DNA of 64,000 bases, taken from the IMG/VR virus record IMGVR_UViG_3300037010_001227, positions 149,190 through 213,189 of that record; one strand, written 5' to 3'. Each line of letters opens with the position of its first letter. The stretch's first letter is position 1. Shown here in pieces: positions 40,137-50,952 of the stretch. Position numbers and translations under genes: made by a program. Under the pieces are notes generated by a model. That model searched no databases and had not been told where the DNA came from. It saw only the letters and a list, made by a program, of their open reading frames with translations.

Positions 40137-40418
40137 ATGTTTAAGCGTAAAAAAGATAAGGAAAAACCATTAAAGTTTTCTTATACTGTTACCATTACAG
40201 AAGATACTAAAGAAGTTAAAATAACTCATAATTTGGCTTGCAGAGCGGGATCTCTTCCAGTGGCTTATCTAATCAAAGAGCCTGATAACGATAACGAGAT
40301 TAAAATCCCAAACAGCTTTTATAGTTGTGACGCTGTAAAGAATGATCCATATTCTGTAATAGTAAAGGCACACAGAGGGTTTCTACAAGCAGGTTGGAAA
40401 GTAAAGCTGGTTATTTAA
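40137..40418 (+). CDS. Hypothetical protein
   Basis: ORF track. Confidence 0.65.
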   Translation: MFKRKKDKEKPLKFSYTVTITEDTKEVKITHNLACRAGSLPVAYLIKEPDNDNEIKIPNSFYSCDAVKNDPYSVIVKAHRGFLQAGWKVKLVI

Positions 40419-40464
40419 TACTGAGAGTTGGAATTACTTTGCTTTAGTATAGGCATGTAACGGT

Positions 40465-40492
40465 CGATAATTACTAAGGACGGTAATTATCG
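40465..40492 (+). promoter_or_regulatory. Hairpin over the translation start of the SF2 helicase
   Basis: CGATAATTAC-taaggacg-GTAATTATCG; loop holds AAGGA, the right arm ends on the G of the GTG start. Confidence 0.5.
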
Positions 40493-41961
40493 TGAAAGCA
40501 ACCAAGTATTCTAATTATTGGATTCAGATGGAATTTGAATCCGAAGCTGAAAGAGAAGCCTTAGAACGAGCGACCTCCTTTTCTATTCCAGGTTCTCAAT
40601 TCTCTGCTTCTTATACAGCAGGCTGTTGGGATGGTAAGAAACGATTTCTTACTGCTGCCAACAAACTTCCAATGGGGCTTTTTAAGAGTCTCTTTCCTAC
40701 TCATAGTTTGGTTTATAATACAAACCCGGATTATAGCTTCAATGACCTATCATTTTTTAGAATGAATCCACAATTTGCTGGGCGAAAGTATCAACTTGAA
40801 GCTATAAATACTATTTTTACCGAAAAACGACTTATTATTGCAGCAGTTGTAGGAGCAGGTAAAACTCTTATAGCTGCTGCAACCATCCTGAAGCATTTGG
40901 AAACTTTCCCGAAAGGGAAAGTTTTATTTGTAGTCTATGACAAAAACATTCTAAAACAAACTGCCGATAAGTTCACGGAATACGGTATTCCATATACCGT
41001 GTTTGGTGGTGGCACTAAAGATCTAACTGGTGATGTAGTAATTGCAACTATTCAGACTTTGAATAATCTCAAAAATCCAACAAAGTCATTAGCTGCTTTT
41101 ACTATGTGTTTTTCTGATGAAGCTCATCACTCTAAAGCAAAAACCTCCAAAGATATTTTCTCACGACTTAAGGGTTGTGAATACTATATTGGGTTAACTG
41201 GAACTCCTCCAAAACAAGGAACTTTAGACTATGCTGAGTTAGTTTGCACATTAGGACCAGTTCGATATGAATACGGATTTCAGACAGCTACTACTGCGGG
41301 TAATATTGCTCCTGTTAAGTGTTTCTTCCTTAGAACACCTTTCAGTTTCGATACAGCTGGTAAGACTGTGAACAGAAAGAATTATCAAACTATCTGGGAG
41401 AACGGTATACGGGATAGTGAAATAAGAAACAAGACAATAGCATCTGTTGTTGCTACTATTAATACGTTGTTAAAAACTCCTACATTAATTATGGTAGACA
41501 GAACGGAACATGGTTGTAATATCGGTGAACAGATAAAACAATTCCAAAACATACGTCACCTAGAAATGTATGGTGAAGATTCAATAGTAGTTAGAGAGGC
41601 TAAACGAGAATTTCTAATGAATAATGATATTGACATCTTAATCAGCACCTTAAACAAAGAGGGGGTCGACTTCGCTATATCGCCTGTGGTAGCATTTAAT
41701 GCTGCTGGTAGAAAAAGTTTCGTGAGTCAGATTCAATTCTTGGGAAGAATAGTTAGAAAGAATGAGGATTTTAAATCATTTCGAGTTTACTATGATTTCC
41801 TTGATATTGCACATCCTAAGCTCAAAGAACATTCAGAAGAAAGACTCCAGGCTTGCAGAGATACTGGATCGTCAGTAGTTATTTGTGAAAGTATTAATGA
41901 GCTATTAGCCAAAACTATTGAATACTATAAAGAGTGTGGTTTAAAGGCACCAACGTTTTAA
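40492..41961 (+). CDS. Superfamily 2 DEAH helicase (UvsW-like)
   Basis: VGAGKT; SDEAHH; GLTGT; EGVD; QFLGRIVR. Confidence 0.9.
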   Translation: MKATKYSNYWIQMEFESEAEREALERATSFSIPGSQFSASYTAGCWDGKKRFLTAANKLPMGLFKSLFPTHSLVYNTNPDYSFNDLSFFRMNPQFAGRKYQLEAINTIFTEKRLIIAAVVGAGKTLIAAATILKHLETFPKGKVLFVVYDKNILKQTADKFTEYGIPYTVFGGGTKDLTGDVVIATIQTLNNLKNPTKSLAAFTMCFSDEAHHSKAKTSKDIFSRLKGCEYYIGLTGTPPKQGTLDYAELVCTLGPVRYEYGFQTATTAGNIAPVKCFFLRTPFSFDTAGKTVNRKNYQTIWENGIRDSEIRNKTIASVVATINTLLKTPTLIMVDRTEHGCNIGEQIKQFQNIRHLEMYGEDSIVVREAKREFLMNNDIDILISTLNKEGVDFAISPVVAFNAAGRKSFVSQIQFLGRIVRKNEDFKSFRVYYDFLDIAHPKLKEHSEERLQACRDTGSSVVICESINELLAKTIEYYKECGLKAPTF

Positions 41962-43331
41962 TTGGCTGTAGTGGGAGAATGGAAAAACAAACAATACAAT
42001 TACCCTTTAACAAGAAATTTCAGGCTGGATTAATTGTAGCAATGATTAAGGATTACGATTTCTATCGTAATATCGCTGATGACTTGCTACCAAGTTATTT
42101 AGATGCAGGACAAGCTCATATCAAGCTATTAAAGATTGTAAAGAGCAAAGCATCTTTATACAAGAAGCCTTTAACTATTGACATTATCAGAAATTCGCTG
42201 ATTGCCTTAGAAAAAGAGGGAGTATTTACTGAACCTGAAATCGCTGGCATTAATGCAGTGATTGATACTGGTTTAGGTTTAACTTTATCTGAATCAGCAT
42301 ATGTTAAACGTGAAGCATTTGAGTTTCTAAAGAAACAGGTAGTAGCTAAAGCAGTAAGCGAATCTATTGTTTATTTAGAAGAAAACAAATTAGATGAAGT
42401 CTATACGGCTATTACCGAAGCCTATAAAAAGACTTATGGTATTGGCGAGAACATAGGATATGATTACAAGAATTCTTCTATTTCTGATAGGTATTCTGAA
42501 CCACCAAGAAAAGGTATTTGGTCTTCTGGCTTTGCTAAGTTAGATCAATATATTGATGGTGGTTTTGCTTCTAGTGAGGCTTATACAGTAATTAGTCCTA
42601 CTGGTCGTGGTAAGACAGCCTTACTATGTAATTTTGGTGTAACAGCACTAACACAGAAAAAGAAATGTCTGTTCATTACACTTGAAATGCGAGAAGGTCA
42701 GATTGCACAAAGACAAGACTCAATTCTTTGTGGCTTTAGCGCAACTGAAATTGCAAACAATAGAGAATACCAAATGATTTTGGATCAGCAAATTCAGAAC
42801 AAAATCACAGGTGAGAACTTTATTAAGGGTTTCAACCGGGGTTCTTTAAGTATGGGAGCATTTAGAACATACTTAGATAGGTTCTGTAATGATATGTGGA
42901 AACCAGATGTTCTCATTTTTGATTGGTTAGGTTGCGTAAAATTGACTGGTGGAAAAGATGCCAAGAAACACGAACAGTTAGCAGAAATTGCTGACGATTT
43001 TATTAACCTAACAAGAGATTATGATTTAACTGGTATTTCTGCACATCAGAGTAATAGAAGTGCAGTATCTCAAGATGTGTTTGCTTATGATGTAGTTTCT
43101 GAATCATTCGCATCCTTGTTTGGTATGGATTTAGTGTTAGGTCTTGGTGCTACAAATGAAGCCAAAGATGCTGGTAAAAGAACACTCAGTATTCTTAAAT
43201 CTCGTATGGGTCCAGATTCAGTTTACACTAAGTTGATGGGTGATTTACCTGGTAAACCTTTAACTTTTAGGTTCAAAGAAAGTCTAATTGATGACGATGA
43301 AGAGAAAGAACTTCTTGAGGAGCAGCAATAA
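41934..43331 (+). CDS. dnaB: DnaB-like replicative helicase (likely start ATG 41979)
   Basis: SPTGRGKT; FITLEM; IFDW; AHQSNR; LKSRMG. Confidence 0.88.
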   Translation: MWFKGTNVLIGCSGRMEKQTIQLPFNKKFQAGLIVAMIKDYDFYRNIADDLLPSYLDAGQAHIKLLKIVKSKASLYKKPLTIDIIRNSLIALEKEGVFTEPEIAGINAVIDTGLGLTLSESAYVKREAFEFLKKQVVAKAVSESIVYLEENKLDEVYTAITEAYKKTYGIGENIGYDYKNSSISDRYSEPPRKGIWSSGFAKLDQYIDGGFASSEAYTVISPTGRGKTALLCNFGVTALTQKKKCLFITLEMREGQIAQRQDSILCGFSATEIANNREYQMILDQQIQNKITGENFIKGFNRGSLSMGAFRTYLDRFCNDMWKPDVLIFDWLGCVKLTGGKDAKKHEQLAEIADDFINLTRDYDLTGISAHQSNRSAVSQDVFAYDVVSESFASLFGMDLVLGLGATNEAKDAGKRTLSILKSRMGPDSVYTKLMGDLPGKPLTFRFKESLIDDDEEKELLEEQQ

Positions 43332-43624
43332 TGAAACGTGGTGATATTGTTGTATATACCAGTAAAGACAATGAATTTGGTGATTGGCAAGAACTTCAAA
43401 TTGCTTTTAGCGATACAGAAGTTATAAATATTTTTGGTGAGGTAGGTAGCACTCAGATGTTACCTGGAGAATACGAACAGTCTATAGTCACTATTTATAC
43501 TAAGCTTGATGCAGAATGGCAGAAGTTTTATAACCAGTTTTGTGAAGAAGCAGCTGATTGGAAGCAACAGGTATTAACTGATATTAATGTAACTGAACAG
43601 TTTATCAAAGAACTGGGGCAGTAG
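43331..43624 (+). CDS. Hypothetical protein
   Basis: TAATG coupling. Confidence 0.7.
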   Translation: MKRGDIVVYTSKDNEFGDWQELQIAFSDTEVINIFGEVGSTQMLPGEYEQSIVTIYTKLDAEWQKFYNQFCEEAADWKQQVLTDINVTEQFIKELGQ

Positions 43625-43965
43625 TGGAAGACGTTAAGCATGACCTCCTTAGTATTGAATACACAGAACTCGACAGCGGACTTCCTGCTATTTTAGTGAA
43701 TGGAGAGATTCCATTTGTAGTAACAAGTCTAATGTTTGTAAATAGTTTTGTGACATTTGCTAATAGTGATGTATTAATGTTCCGATTAAATAATCTTTCT
43801 GGAAATAAATTATCCTTCACTATATTGGCGGATTTAGGAGAAGCATCAATTTTAGAACTAAAATATGATAATGTTTTAGTAGGGAATGTGATGCTATTGG
43901 AACTCTTGGATATTATGTATACAATCCAAGCTACATTAAAAACTTTAAAAGAACAGTCTCTATAG
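43624..43965 (+). CDS. Hypothetical protein
   Basis: TAGTG coupling. Confidence 0.7.
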   Translation: MEDVKHDLLSIEYTELDSGLPAILVNGEIPFVVTSLMFVNSFVTFANSDVLMFRLNNLSGNKLSFTILADLGEASILELKYDNVLVGNVMLLELLDIMYTIQATLKTLKEQSL

Positions 43966-45834
43966 ATGTCAAAAATACCGGTAATTTCAGTTTTAATTGT
44001 ATGTAAGATTACTGAAGACCAAGCAACAAATAAGATAAAAACTCTTCATGAGTATTTACCAACTGGAACTTGCTTATGTAATACCTTCACACTGTATACA
44101 ACAGAAATACAAGATGTTGTAGCATTCATTGAAGCAAATCCAGAAAAGTTAGATTTAATAATTCAATATGGCTTAGGAAATGACCTCTTATGGGAATCCG
44201 ATAAGTTTAAGGGTATTCCAACAGTATCAAATAATAATTCTTATGAAGAGCTATTTGGTGCTGACCACATAATGAGTGGTGAGTTATTTCCAAAAATCAA
44301 GAAGGTATACACTGGAATAGATGATTATAAGTCACTACCAGAAGGTCTTCATATTGCAAAAACCAAAGAAGATTTGAAATATATCACAGATAAATGTCTA
44401 GCTGAAGCATTTGGTGCTGACACTGAAACAAACTTCTTAAATCCATTTCTGGAAGATCCAAAACCAGAAATGGTCTGTTTCTCTGTGGCTTGGTTGAGTA
44501 ATGAAGATGAAGGTTGGTGTATTCCAACAAACCAAAAACTAATTGATTCTGGTGAATGTGAATACACAGTAGAAGAAGCAATAAGAGCAGCAGAGATAGT
44601 TTTCTTTGAAACAGAACAAGATCAGTATTGGCAGAACTTTCACTATGACGCTCTAGTTCTTTGGGAACTTTTCGGTGGTAGAAAGCCGAAAAATTTTGCC
44701 GCTTGTACAATGTTGCTTTTGAACTTGTATCATAAAGCTATGAAACCATCTTCGTTAGATAAAAACGTTCAGATGGTTGGATTACCAGCATATAAAAATG
44801 CAGCTAAAGATTGGATTGCTGAACAACCTAAACGAAAGAAAGGACAAGATCCTTATACTTTTGCAGATGTTCCTTTAGAAATCATTGGACCGTATGCTGC
44901 ATTAGATGCTTTGGCAGTAGTAAGAATTGTTAACTTCTTAAAAAAGAACTTACCCAACAAACAATGGGCATTCTACTATACTGTTATGCATCCAGTTCTT
45001 TTAAGTTCTCTTGATCTATGTATCCAAGGATATGAAATTTCTAGAGACCGATATATGTATTCTAAATTGTCTGTTGAAGAACAGATTTTAGAAGTATTCA
45101 AACAGACTATTGATGTTGTCAAACCAGAGATTCCAGAGCGGTTTAACATCAATAGTTCAAAGCAGTTAGCAACTTTAATGTATGATAAACTAAACCTCCC
45201 TGTGTTAGCAAAAACAGACGGTGGAGATCCTGCTACTGGTAGTAAAGTATTGGATGATTTGATTTTATTTCATCCTTTCATCTTCTATCTTAGTAAGTTT
45301 AAGAAGTTGATGAAGCTTTATACATCATATGTTTTAGGTTACGAAAACGTATTAGGCCCAGGTTCTAGACACGTTAAGACTAATAGCAGATTCATCTTTA
45401 ATGCTCAGTTGAAACAAATCAATAGAACAGCTAGACTTTCATCTACTAATATGTTTGGGTACAAGAAGACCACCAAAAAAGGTGGCAGCATTCTTACACT
45501 TCCTGGCACTGGGTCAATGGTAAAACATTATTTTGCACCAAGAGAGGTAGTTGCTGTCGAAAATGAATTGTATTCTGAGATTTTAGAAGCTCTTAAACAA
45601 TCCAACGAGGAAGAATATACAAAAGTTATAGCAGCTTTTGAGCTGGATATTACAAAGACAGTTAAGCCGCCTAAAGAAGTAAAAGAAAAGAAACCACGGG
45701 TCACGAAGAAGAAGCAGTTGTTAGCTGCACAACTACAGGCCGCGCAATTGTCAAATCCAACGTTGCTTAGTGAACTTGAGGAAGAAGATGAAAGTAATGA
45801 TTCTGTAGACTCTGATTTACCGTGGAATGAATGA
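43966..45834 (+). CDS. polA: Family A DNA polymerase, N-terminal part (3'-5' exonuclease, thumb, start of palm)
   Basis: ExoI ADTET; ExoII QNFHYD; ExoIII YAALDA; FNINSSKQLA; KLMKLYTSY; RTARLSSTN; lacks motifs A-C. Confidence 0.9.
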   Translation: MSKIPVISVLIVCKITEDQATNKIKTLHEYLPTGTCLCNTFTLYTTEIQDVVAFIEANPEKLDLIIQYGLGNDLLWESDKFKGIPTVSNNNSYEELFGADHIMSGELFPKIKKVYTGIDDYKSLPEGLHIAKTKEDLKYITDKCLAEAFGADTETNFLNPFLEDPKPEMVCFSVAWLSNEDEGWCIPTNQKLIDSGECEYTVEEAIRAAEIVFFETEQDQYWQNFHYDALVLWELFGGRKPKNFAACTMLLLNLYHKAMKPSSLDKNVQMVGLPAYKNAAKDWIAEQPKRKKGQDPYTFADVPLEIIGPYAALDALAVVRIVNFLKKNLPNKQWAFYYTVMHPVLLSSLDLCIQGYEISRDRYMYSKLSVEEQILEVFKQTIDVVKPEIPERFNINSSKQLATLMYDKLNLPVLAKTDGGDPATGSKVLDDLILFHPFIFYLSKFKKLMKLYTSYVLGYENVLGPGSRHVKTNSRFIFNAQLKQINRTARLSSTNMFGYKKTTKKGGSILTLPGTGSMVKHYFAPREVVAVENELYSEILEALKQSNEEEYTKVIAAFELDITKTVKPPKEVKEKKPRVTKKKQLLAAQLQAAQLSNPTLLSELEEEDESNDSVDSDLPWNE

Positions 45835-46568
45835 TAACCGATAATCCTTTTTTCAGTGACAACCATTGCAATGCTTATATAAGTCAGTTAATAACTAAAC
45901 AAACACATGAATCAGCACTAGAACTTGTAAACATAGATAGTTTCAGGTATTCTGCTTTATATAAAGACCTTGGAATGAATCAGTCAGCAATGACAACTGG
46001 TAATAAATTAAACCAAGCTACTTATGTAACAAGTAATTATTCAACAATAGTTGATGGACATATCTTTAGAGGTAAACACTCTAGTCCTTCAGGGCCACCT
46101 GTTCAGAGCGGAATGTGTAAGGTTTCTTTATATTTGATTCCTGAAGATTCTGCATATGTTGGTGGTTACAGCGCAATTAGTATTGATTGTTTCATAGAAG
46201 TATACAAACTTCTTGGGGCAAGAAGTGTCTGCACAAATGATTCTTTATATTGGTTAAAGGGAAATACTTCTAAATTAGGATTACAGTTAATACTTTCAGC
46301 TGTAAAATGTGAACATGGTGACTATCACGTTGAAACCTATGATTTCATGACAGCTGATTCTAACAAGTATTTTTTAATTAAACTCTTACATATGTTTTTA
46401 GCTTCTTACTCATATATTAACAATCTGTATGACACAAGTGATCTAATATGTAAAGAGTTTTCTGATTTGATTTATAATAATATTGTATTACCTTGGTCAC
46501 CCAATGTTAGTAAGACAATCAGTGACGAAATCAAATATTCCTGGCTTAAGCATCACCTTATATTGTAA
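45831..46568 (+). CDS. Hypothetical protein
   Basis: ATGA overlap with the polA-N stop. Confidence 0.7.
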   Translation: MITDNPFFSDNHCNAYISQLITKQTHESALELVNIDSFRYSALYKDLGMNQSAMTTGNKLNQATYVTSNYSTIVDGHIFRGKHSSPSGPPVQSGMCKVSLYLIPEDSAYVGGYSAISIDCFIEVYKLLGARSVCTNDSLYWLKGNTSKLGLQLILSAVKCEHGDYHVETYDFMTADSNKYFLIKLLHMFLASYSYINNLYDTSDLICKEFSDLIYNNIVLPWSPNVSKTISDEIKYSWLKHHLIL

Positions 46569-46574
46569 TTTTAT

Positions 46575-47315
46575 ATATAACATGCGGAATATATAAAGTT
46601 ACAAATACTATTAATAATCATTTTTACATTGGTTCATCAAGTAATATTCAGTATAGATGATCAAAGTATAAACATGATTTAAAAAACAAAATAAATATTT
46701 TAATAATCATCTTCAAAATGCTTGGAATAACTATACAGAACCTGTATTTGAGTTTTTATTTTAGAAACCTGTAAAAATCTAAATTAGTTGAGCGGGAACA
46801 ATATTTTTGGACTTATGCTATGATAATCATAATATACATTATAACACTAATAAAGTTTCTACTTTAAAGTAATGTTGATTATAAGCATACAACAAATAAC
46901 AAATTCTAAACAAAAAATATCTACTGCCAAGAAAGGGAAGCCTGGTAAAAATACCGTCAGCAGAAACTAAACAAAAAATAGCAGCCTTACTCATTGGTCA
47001 TTTTGTATCGGAAGCAACTAGACAAAAATTGACTGCTAATAGACTTAATATAAAACATACAGAAGAAACTAAAATATTAAAATGTCTATTAGTCATAAAA
47101 CACGTCAGACGTAAAATATCTGCTTCTAGACAAAATATATCAAAAGGAATTAAACAAAAATGAGTGATAGTCATAAAACATTTCTGATAATACAATGCTA
47201 AAAGTTATGACATATCTCCAAAATAATGAAATACCTATAGTACAAGCAGCAAACCAGTTTAATATACCAAAAAAAAGTATTTTGTATCGCAGAACAAGAG
47301 AATATACAAAGTTAA
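46575..47315 (+). pseudogene. GIY-YIG/NUMOD3 homing endonuclease, fragmented
   Basis: TCGIYKVTNTINNHFYIGSS, EREQYF, ETKQKI-type repeats, many stops. Boundaries approximate. Confidence 0.8.
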
Positions 47316-47318
47316 TCC

Positions 47319-47936
47319 TTGACAACAATAACGCTATCTAAGAGTAATACTAAAATTGGGAATATTGCTAGTTTTTCTATACCCTCCAAAGTTAGATGCT
47401 TGGGCAAAACACTCTGGTGTGAAAAACATTGTTATGCGTATAAATTAGAAGTTAGATTTCCAAATGTACTATCAAGTTATAAACGTAACTTTGAAGCTAC
47501 AAAAGATATGTTCTTTGTAGATAATATGGAAATAGCAATTAAAAAATTACCAAAGAAAATAAAGATTATCCGTATTCATGTATCGGGTGATTTTTATTCT
47601 CAAGATTATATTTATGACTGGACTAATATAATTGCTAATCATCCTGATTATCAGTTTTATACTTACACCAAAGCTTGGAGGATTACAGAACTTCTTCCAG
47701 CTCTAGAACTTATGAAATCTTTACCAAATCTTACTATGTTTGCATCTACTGATATAGATACGGTAGCAAATGGTGAGAAAGTTCCACAAGGTTGGAGAGA
47801 AGCTTATTCTGGAGATATTCAACCAAAAGGTTCTGTATTTTGTCCAAATCAAGCTGGTAAGATAGACACATGCGAACATTGTAAACTTTGTGTCAAACCA
47901 AAACTAACATCGACAATTTATTTCAAAACACACTAG
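47319..47936 (+). CDS. Gp88-like Cys-rich protein (radical-SAM-like Fe-S fold suspected)
   Basis: C...WCEKHCYA; IRIHVSGDF; YTYTK; CP...C..CKLC. Confidence 0.7.
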   Translation: MTTITLSKSNTKIGNIASFSIPSKVRCLGKTLWCEKHCYAYKLEVRFPNVLSSYKRNFEATKDMFFVDNMEIAIKKLPKKIKIIRIHVSGDFYSQDYIYDWTNIIANHPDYQFYTYTKAWRITELLPALELMKSLPNLTMFASTDIDTVANGEKVPQGWREAYSGDIQPKGSVFCPNQAGKIDTCEHCKLCVKPKLTSTIYFKTH

Positions 47937-47941
47937 GAATC

Positions 47942-48337
47942 ATGAAAATCGTAAAATTTAAGGATATGCATAGTGGTGGTAGAAATAAAGAATCTTATGC
48001 GTATATCTATATTGAAGCAATGGGAGAAGACACTGCAAGTTTAATATTTTATAATCGGTTTGGTCATAATCCAAATAGAGTCACTTGCACCTGTTGTGGA
48101 GAAGATTATAGTATTGATGAACACAATGATTTATTATTAGCAACTGCATATGAACGTGGATGTAAATATGATGAAACCTTATGTGCTTATGTAGAATGTC
48201 CAGATGTAGATAAGTCTTGGAGACCTTACGAATCTTTATCAAAATATCTAAACCGAGAAGATGTTCTTTTTATTTGTGATGAGGATGTAAAATCAGAAGA
48301 ACGTTGTGGAGAACTTCCTAAACAGGGTTATGTCTGA
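47942..48337 (+). CDS. Hypothetical protein with CxCC motif (track start 47888)
   Basis: AGGA SD before ATG 47942; DMHSGG...RVTCTCCGEDY. Confidence 0.7.
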   Translation: MKIVKFKDMHSGGRNKESYAYIYIEAMGEDTASLIFYNRFGHNPNRVTCTCCGEDYSIDEHNDLLLATAYERGCKYDETLCAYVECPDVDKSWRPYESLSKYLNREDVLFICDEDVKSEERCGELPKQGYV

Positions 48338-48348
48338 GTGGACTAAAG

Positions 48349-48735
48349 ATGAATAAAAAATACCAAGTAGTTCTGATGCAGGGACATTTACTCTGTAGCA
48401 CGCTAGAAAATAGGCTATCCCTTCCTCTTGATAATAGTTCATTTAATATTATTAAACTCAATAAAAATGAACTTAAAGAGTATATGAAATCTGCAGTCAT
48501 TTTTTCTGGAACACGACCCCTACATAATAAGTCTTGGACTATTGTGTATAGGTATGATTTGCCACACTACCATCTTGATGGTGTTCTACCAAAACTTCCA
48601 GAAGATTACGTCTGGATTCCTGTAGAGAGATTTAGAGATGGCTCTTATGACTCAAAGGAAACTCAAAATCAATTTCTTCCATCTCATTTAACCAAACTTA
48701 AGCGAATGCTTAATGATATTGAGGCATTAAAATAA
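48349..48735 (+). CDS. Hypothetical protein
   Basis: ORF; TAATG coupling to cca. Confidence 0.7.
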   Translation: MNKKYQVVLMQGHLLCSTLENRLSLPLDNSSFNIIKLNKNELKEYMKSAVIFSGTRPLHNKSWTIVYRYDLPHYHLDGVLPKLPEDYVWIPVERFRDGSYDSKETQNQFLPSHLTKLKRMLNDIEALK

Positions 48736-50018
48736 TGCTTAACATAGATATCCCAATGGATTTGGTAGAGATACTCAAATCCTTTGAAGCTCAAATTCCT
48801 GGAACAGAGTTTAGGTATGTTGGTGGTTGTATTAGAGATACCATTCTTGGGATTAAGCCTAAAGATTGGGATATCGTTACTGATGCTTCTCCTGAACAGC
48901 TTGAGTCTCTTGGATTGTCCAAGGTAGGGAAAGACTTTCCAGTTTTTCTCTACCAACATCCTACTTATGGGCAAATAGAAATAGCTTGTTGTAGGACAGA
49001 GAGAAAAGTAGGAACAGGCCATAACGGTTTTGAAGTTAAAGTCTGTAAATCTTTTGAAGAGGATTTGAAACGACGAGACTTGACAATCAATGCTGTTGCT
49101 TGGCACCATAAGAATGGTGGAACTATTTACTCTCCTGTTCCTCTTGAACTCTTGGAGTATGATTTTGAGAATCATGTTCTCTGCCATGTGTCTCCAGCTT
49201 TTGCTGAAGATCCTTTGAGAGTTTTGAGAGTAGCAAGGTTCCAAGCTAAACTGTCTTGTCAAAATTCTACTATTCAATACTTTTTCAGTGTTGATACGAC
49301 TACTTTGGCATTGATGGCAAGTTTGAAAGATGAGTTAAACAAGGAACCAGTAGACAGAGTAAAGAAAGAGTTTGAGTCTGTAATGCTCGGTTCTAATCCA
49401 AAGAATATCTATCTTTTCTTCGCAACTCTTTATAATAGTAGATGTGGAGACTGGTATAGAGAGATTTGTACTACAATGTCCACACCTACTTCTAAGTTCT
49501 ATATCTTTCCAGAGACTTGTAAACAAAGAGTAGATGCTTTGTATCTTCATTTTGCTGAGGCAGCATATAATTTGGCTGGACCAATAGATACAAAACATAT
49601 GATTGCAGAAGCTAGTTGCAAGAGACTCAAACTTGGTTTGGTTTCTGAAATGAAAACTTATCTAGACTTGAGAACACGAATCTCAGAATTTTCACTTGGT
49701 ATAGCAAACAACAGTTTCTTTTGTTCTCCTCAATTAGCTAAAATGGTAATGCTTTGTAAACAGTTGAATCGCGGTAAGTTTCCGGCTCATATTTACTTTG
49801 ATATGATCCGAGAAATGGCCGCTCCTAGATGGTTTATGAAGAGTAATCATATAAACTATCAAGAGCAGGCTCTTGACATGTTTGAGTATATGTATTTGGC
49901 TTTTACTAATCTCAAGTTTAACAATACACAAACTCCACAAGAGATATTTGCTATCCAAACAGATTGTGTTACTGAGTTTGTTGAGATTTACTGTAAGAAA
50001 ACTATAAAGGATATATGA
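48735..50018 (+). CDS. cca: tRNA nucleotidyltransferase (CCA-adding, class II)
   Basis: VGGCIRD...KDWD; EDLKRRDLTINA; FAEDPLRVLRVARF. Confidence 0.9.
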   Translation: MLNIDIPMDLVEILKSFEAQIPGTEFRYVGGCIRDTILGIKPKDWDIVTDASPEQLESLGLSKVGKDFPVFLYQHPTYGQIEIACCRTERKVGTGHNGFEVKVCKSFEEDLKRRDLTINAVAWHHKNGGTIYSPVPLELLEYDFENHVLCHVSPAFAEDPLRVLRVARFQAKLSCQNSTIQYFFSVDTTTLALMASLKDELNKEPVDRVKKEFESVMLGSNPKNIYLFFATLYNSRCGDWYREICTTMSTPTSKFYIFPETCKQRVDALYLHFAEAAYNLAGPIDTKHMIAEASCKRLKLGLVSEMKTYLDLRTRISEFSLGIANNSFFCSPQLAKMVMLCKQLNRGKFPAHIYFDMIREMAAPRWFMKSNHINYQEQALDMFEYMYLAFTNLKFNNTQTPQEIFAIQTDCVTEFVEIYCKKTIKDI

Positions 50019-50228
50019 GAGATGAACAAATATATATATAAGACTTTACATGCAGGAACTGAACAACGTCTGAATGTGTAAAATAGTATACATCACGATC
50101 AACGTTTTGTAGGTTTGTTATACGTTGTTATACTTGTGATAGAAAGTTTACAAGCAGCTGGAGATATTATAGCTTGCTCTTATAAAATGGACTCGCAAAC
50201 CCTATGTGTTCAGAACTAAAGGTATCAG

Positions 50229-50582
50229 ATGAGTAAATATAAAATCTTACTTATACCTGAAGGTAGATGTTTATCAGAAGGTGAAACTACTGTATATGTT
50301 ATTTTAGAGCAAATTAATAATTTAACTAAACTTGCAATGATGTATTATAAAGAATATTTATTTGAGCAACAGCAGGATCCCTTTAGTAACCATGCCAAGA
50401 ATATCATCAAAGACTTAGATGTTGTGTTACAAAAAAGTAGCCTATTACGAGCCTCCTTATGTAAGGAAGCTGTATTTATATCTTACAAAAAAGCTCAACA
50501 GGGATTACTATTTTATTTAGACTTCAATTCTCCAGAAGATAAAAAATATCACTTAACAGAGTTCGAGTTTATTAAGGAATAA
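50229..50582 (+). CDS. Small hypothetical protein, probable member of the 6.2-7.2 kb paralog family
   Basis: YKILLIPEG...TEFEFIKE. Confidence 0.65.
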   Translation: MSKYKILLIPEGRCLSEGETTVYVILEQINNLTKLAMMYYKEYLFEQQQDPFSNHAKNIIKDLDVVLQKSSLLRASLCKEAVFISYKKAQQGLLFYLDFNSPEDKKYHLTEFEFIKE

Positions 50583-50583
50583 T

Positions 50584-50952
50584 ATGGCTAAGAAACCATT
50601 AAAAGTTCCCTTTGATCCAATCTCAGGAGAACTTCTTCCTGATGGATATATCCCACACCAAATTTTTGATGACTCTATTAAGGCTTATATAGCAAATCCA
50701 TCCAGTGGAATGGAGATAGATTATAGAGATAATTTTGTTTTTCATACTAAAATGAAAATCGAAAAGATGACGTCTACTTATAGCGGAAGTCCTAAAATAA
50801 TCCTGTCTGAAGTAGATTCAGGTTTCAGATTTAAAATGTATAGCAACGAGTTTAACGACGTAGTTGATAGAATTCAAGAAGGTGGTATTCTTGATTTAGA
50901 TTGGACTTTTTGTAGTAAGGGTGGTAATATTGCTGTCAAAGCTGTTTTATGA
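50584..50952 (+). CDS. Hypothetical protein
   Basis: AAGGA SD. Confidence 0.7.
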   Translation: MAKKPLKVPFDPISGELLPDGYIPHQIFDDSIKAYIANPSSGMEIDYRDNFVFHTKMKIEKMTSTYSGSPKIILSEVDSGFRFKMYSNEFNDVVDRIQEGGILDLDWTFCSKGGNIAVKAVL

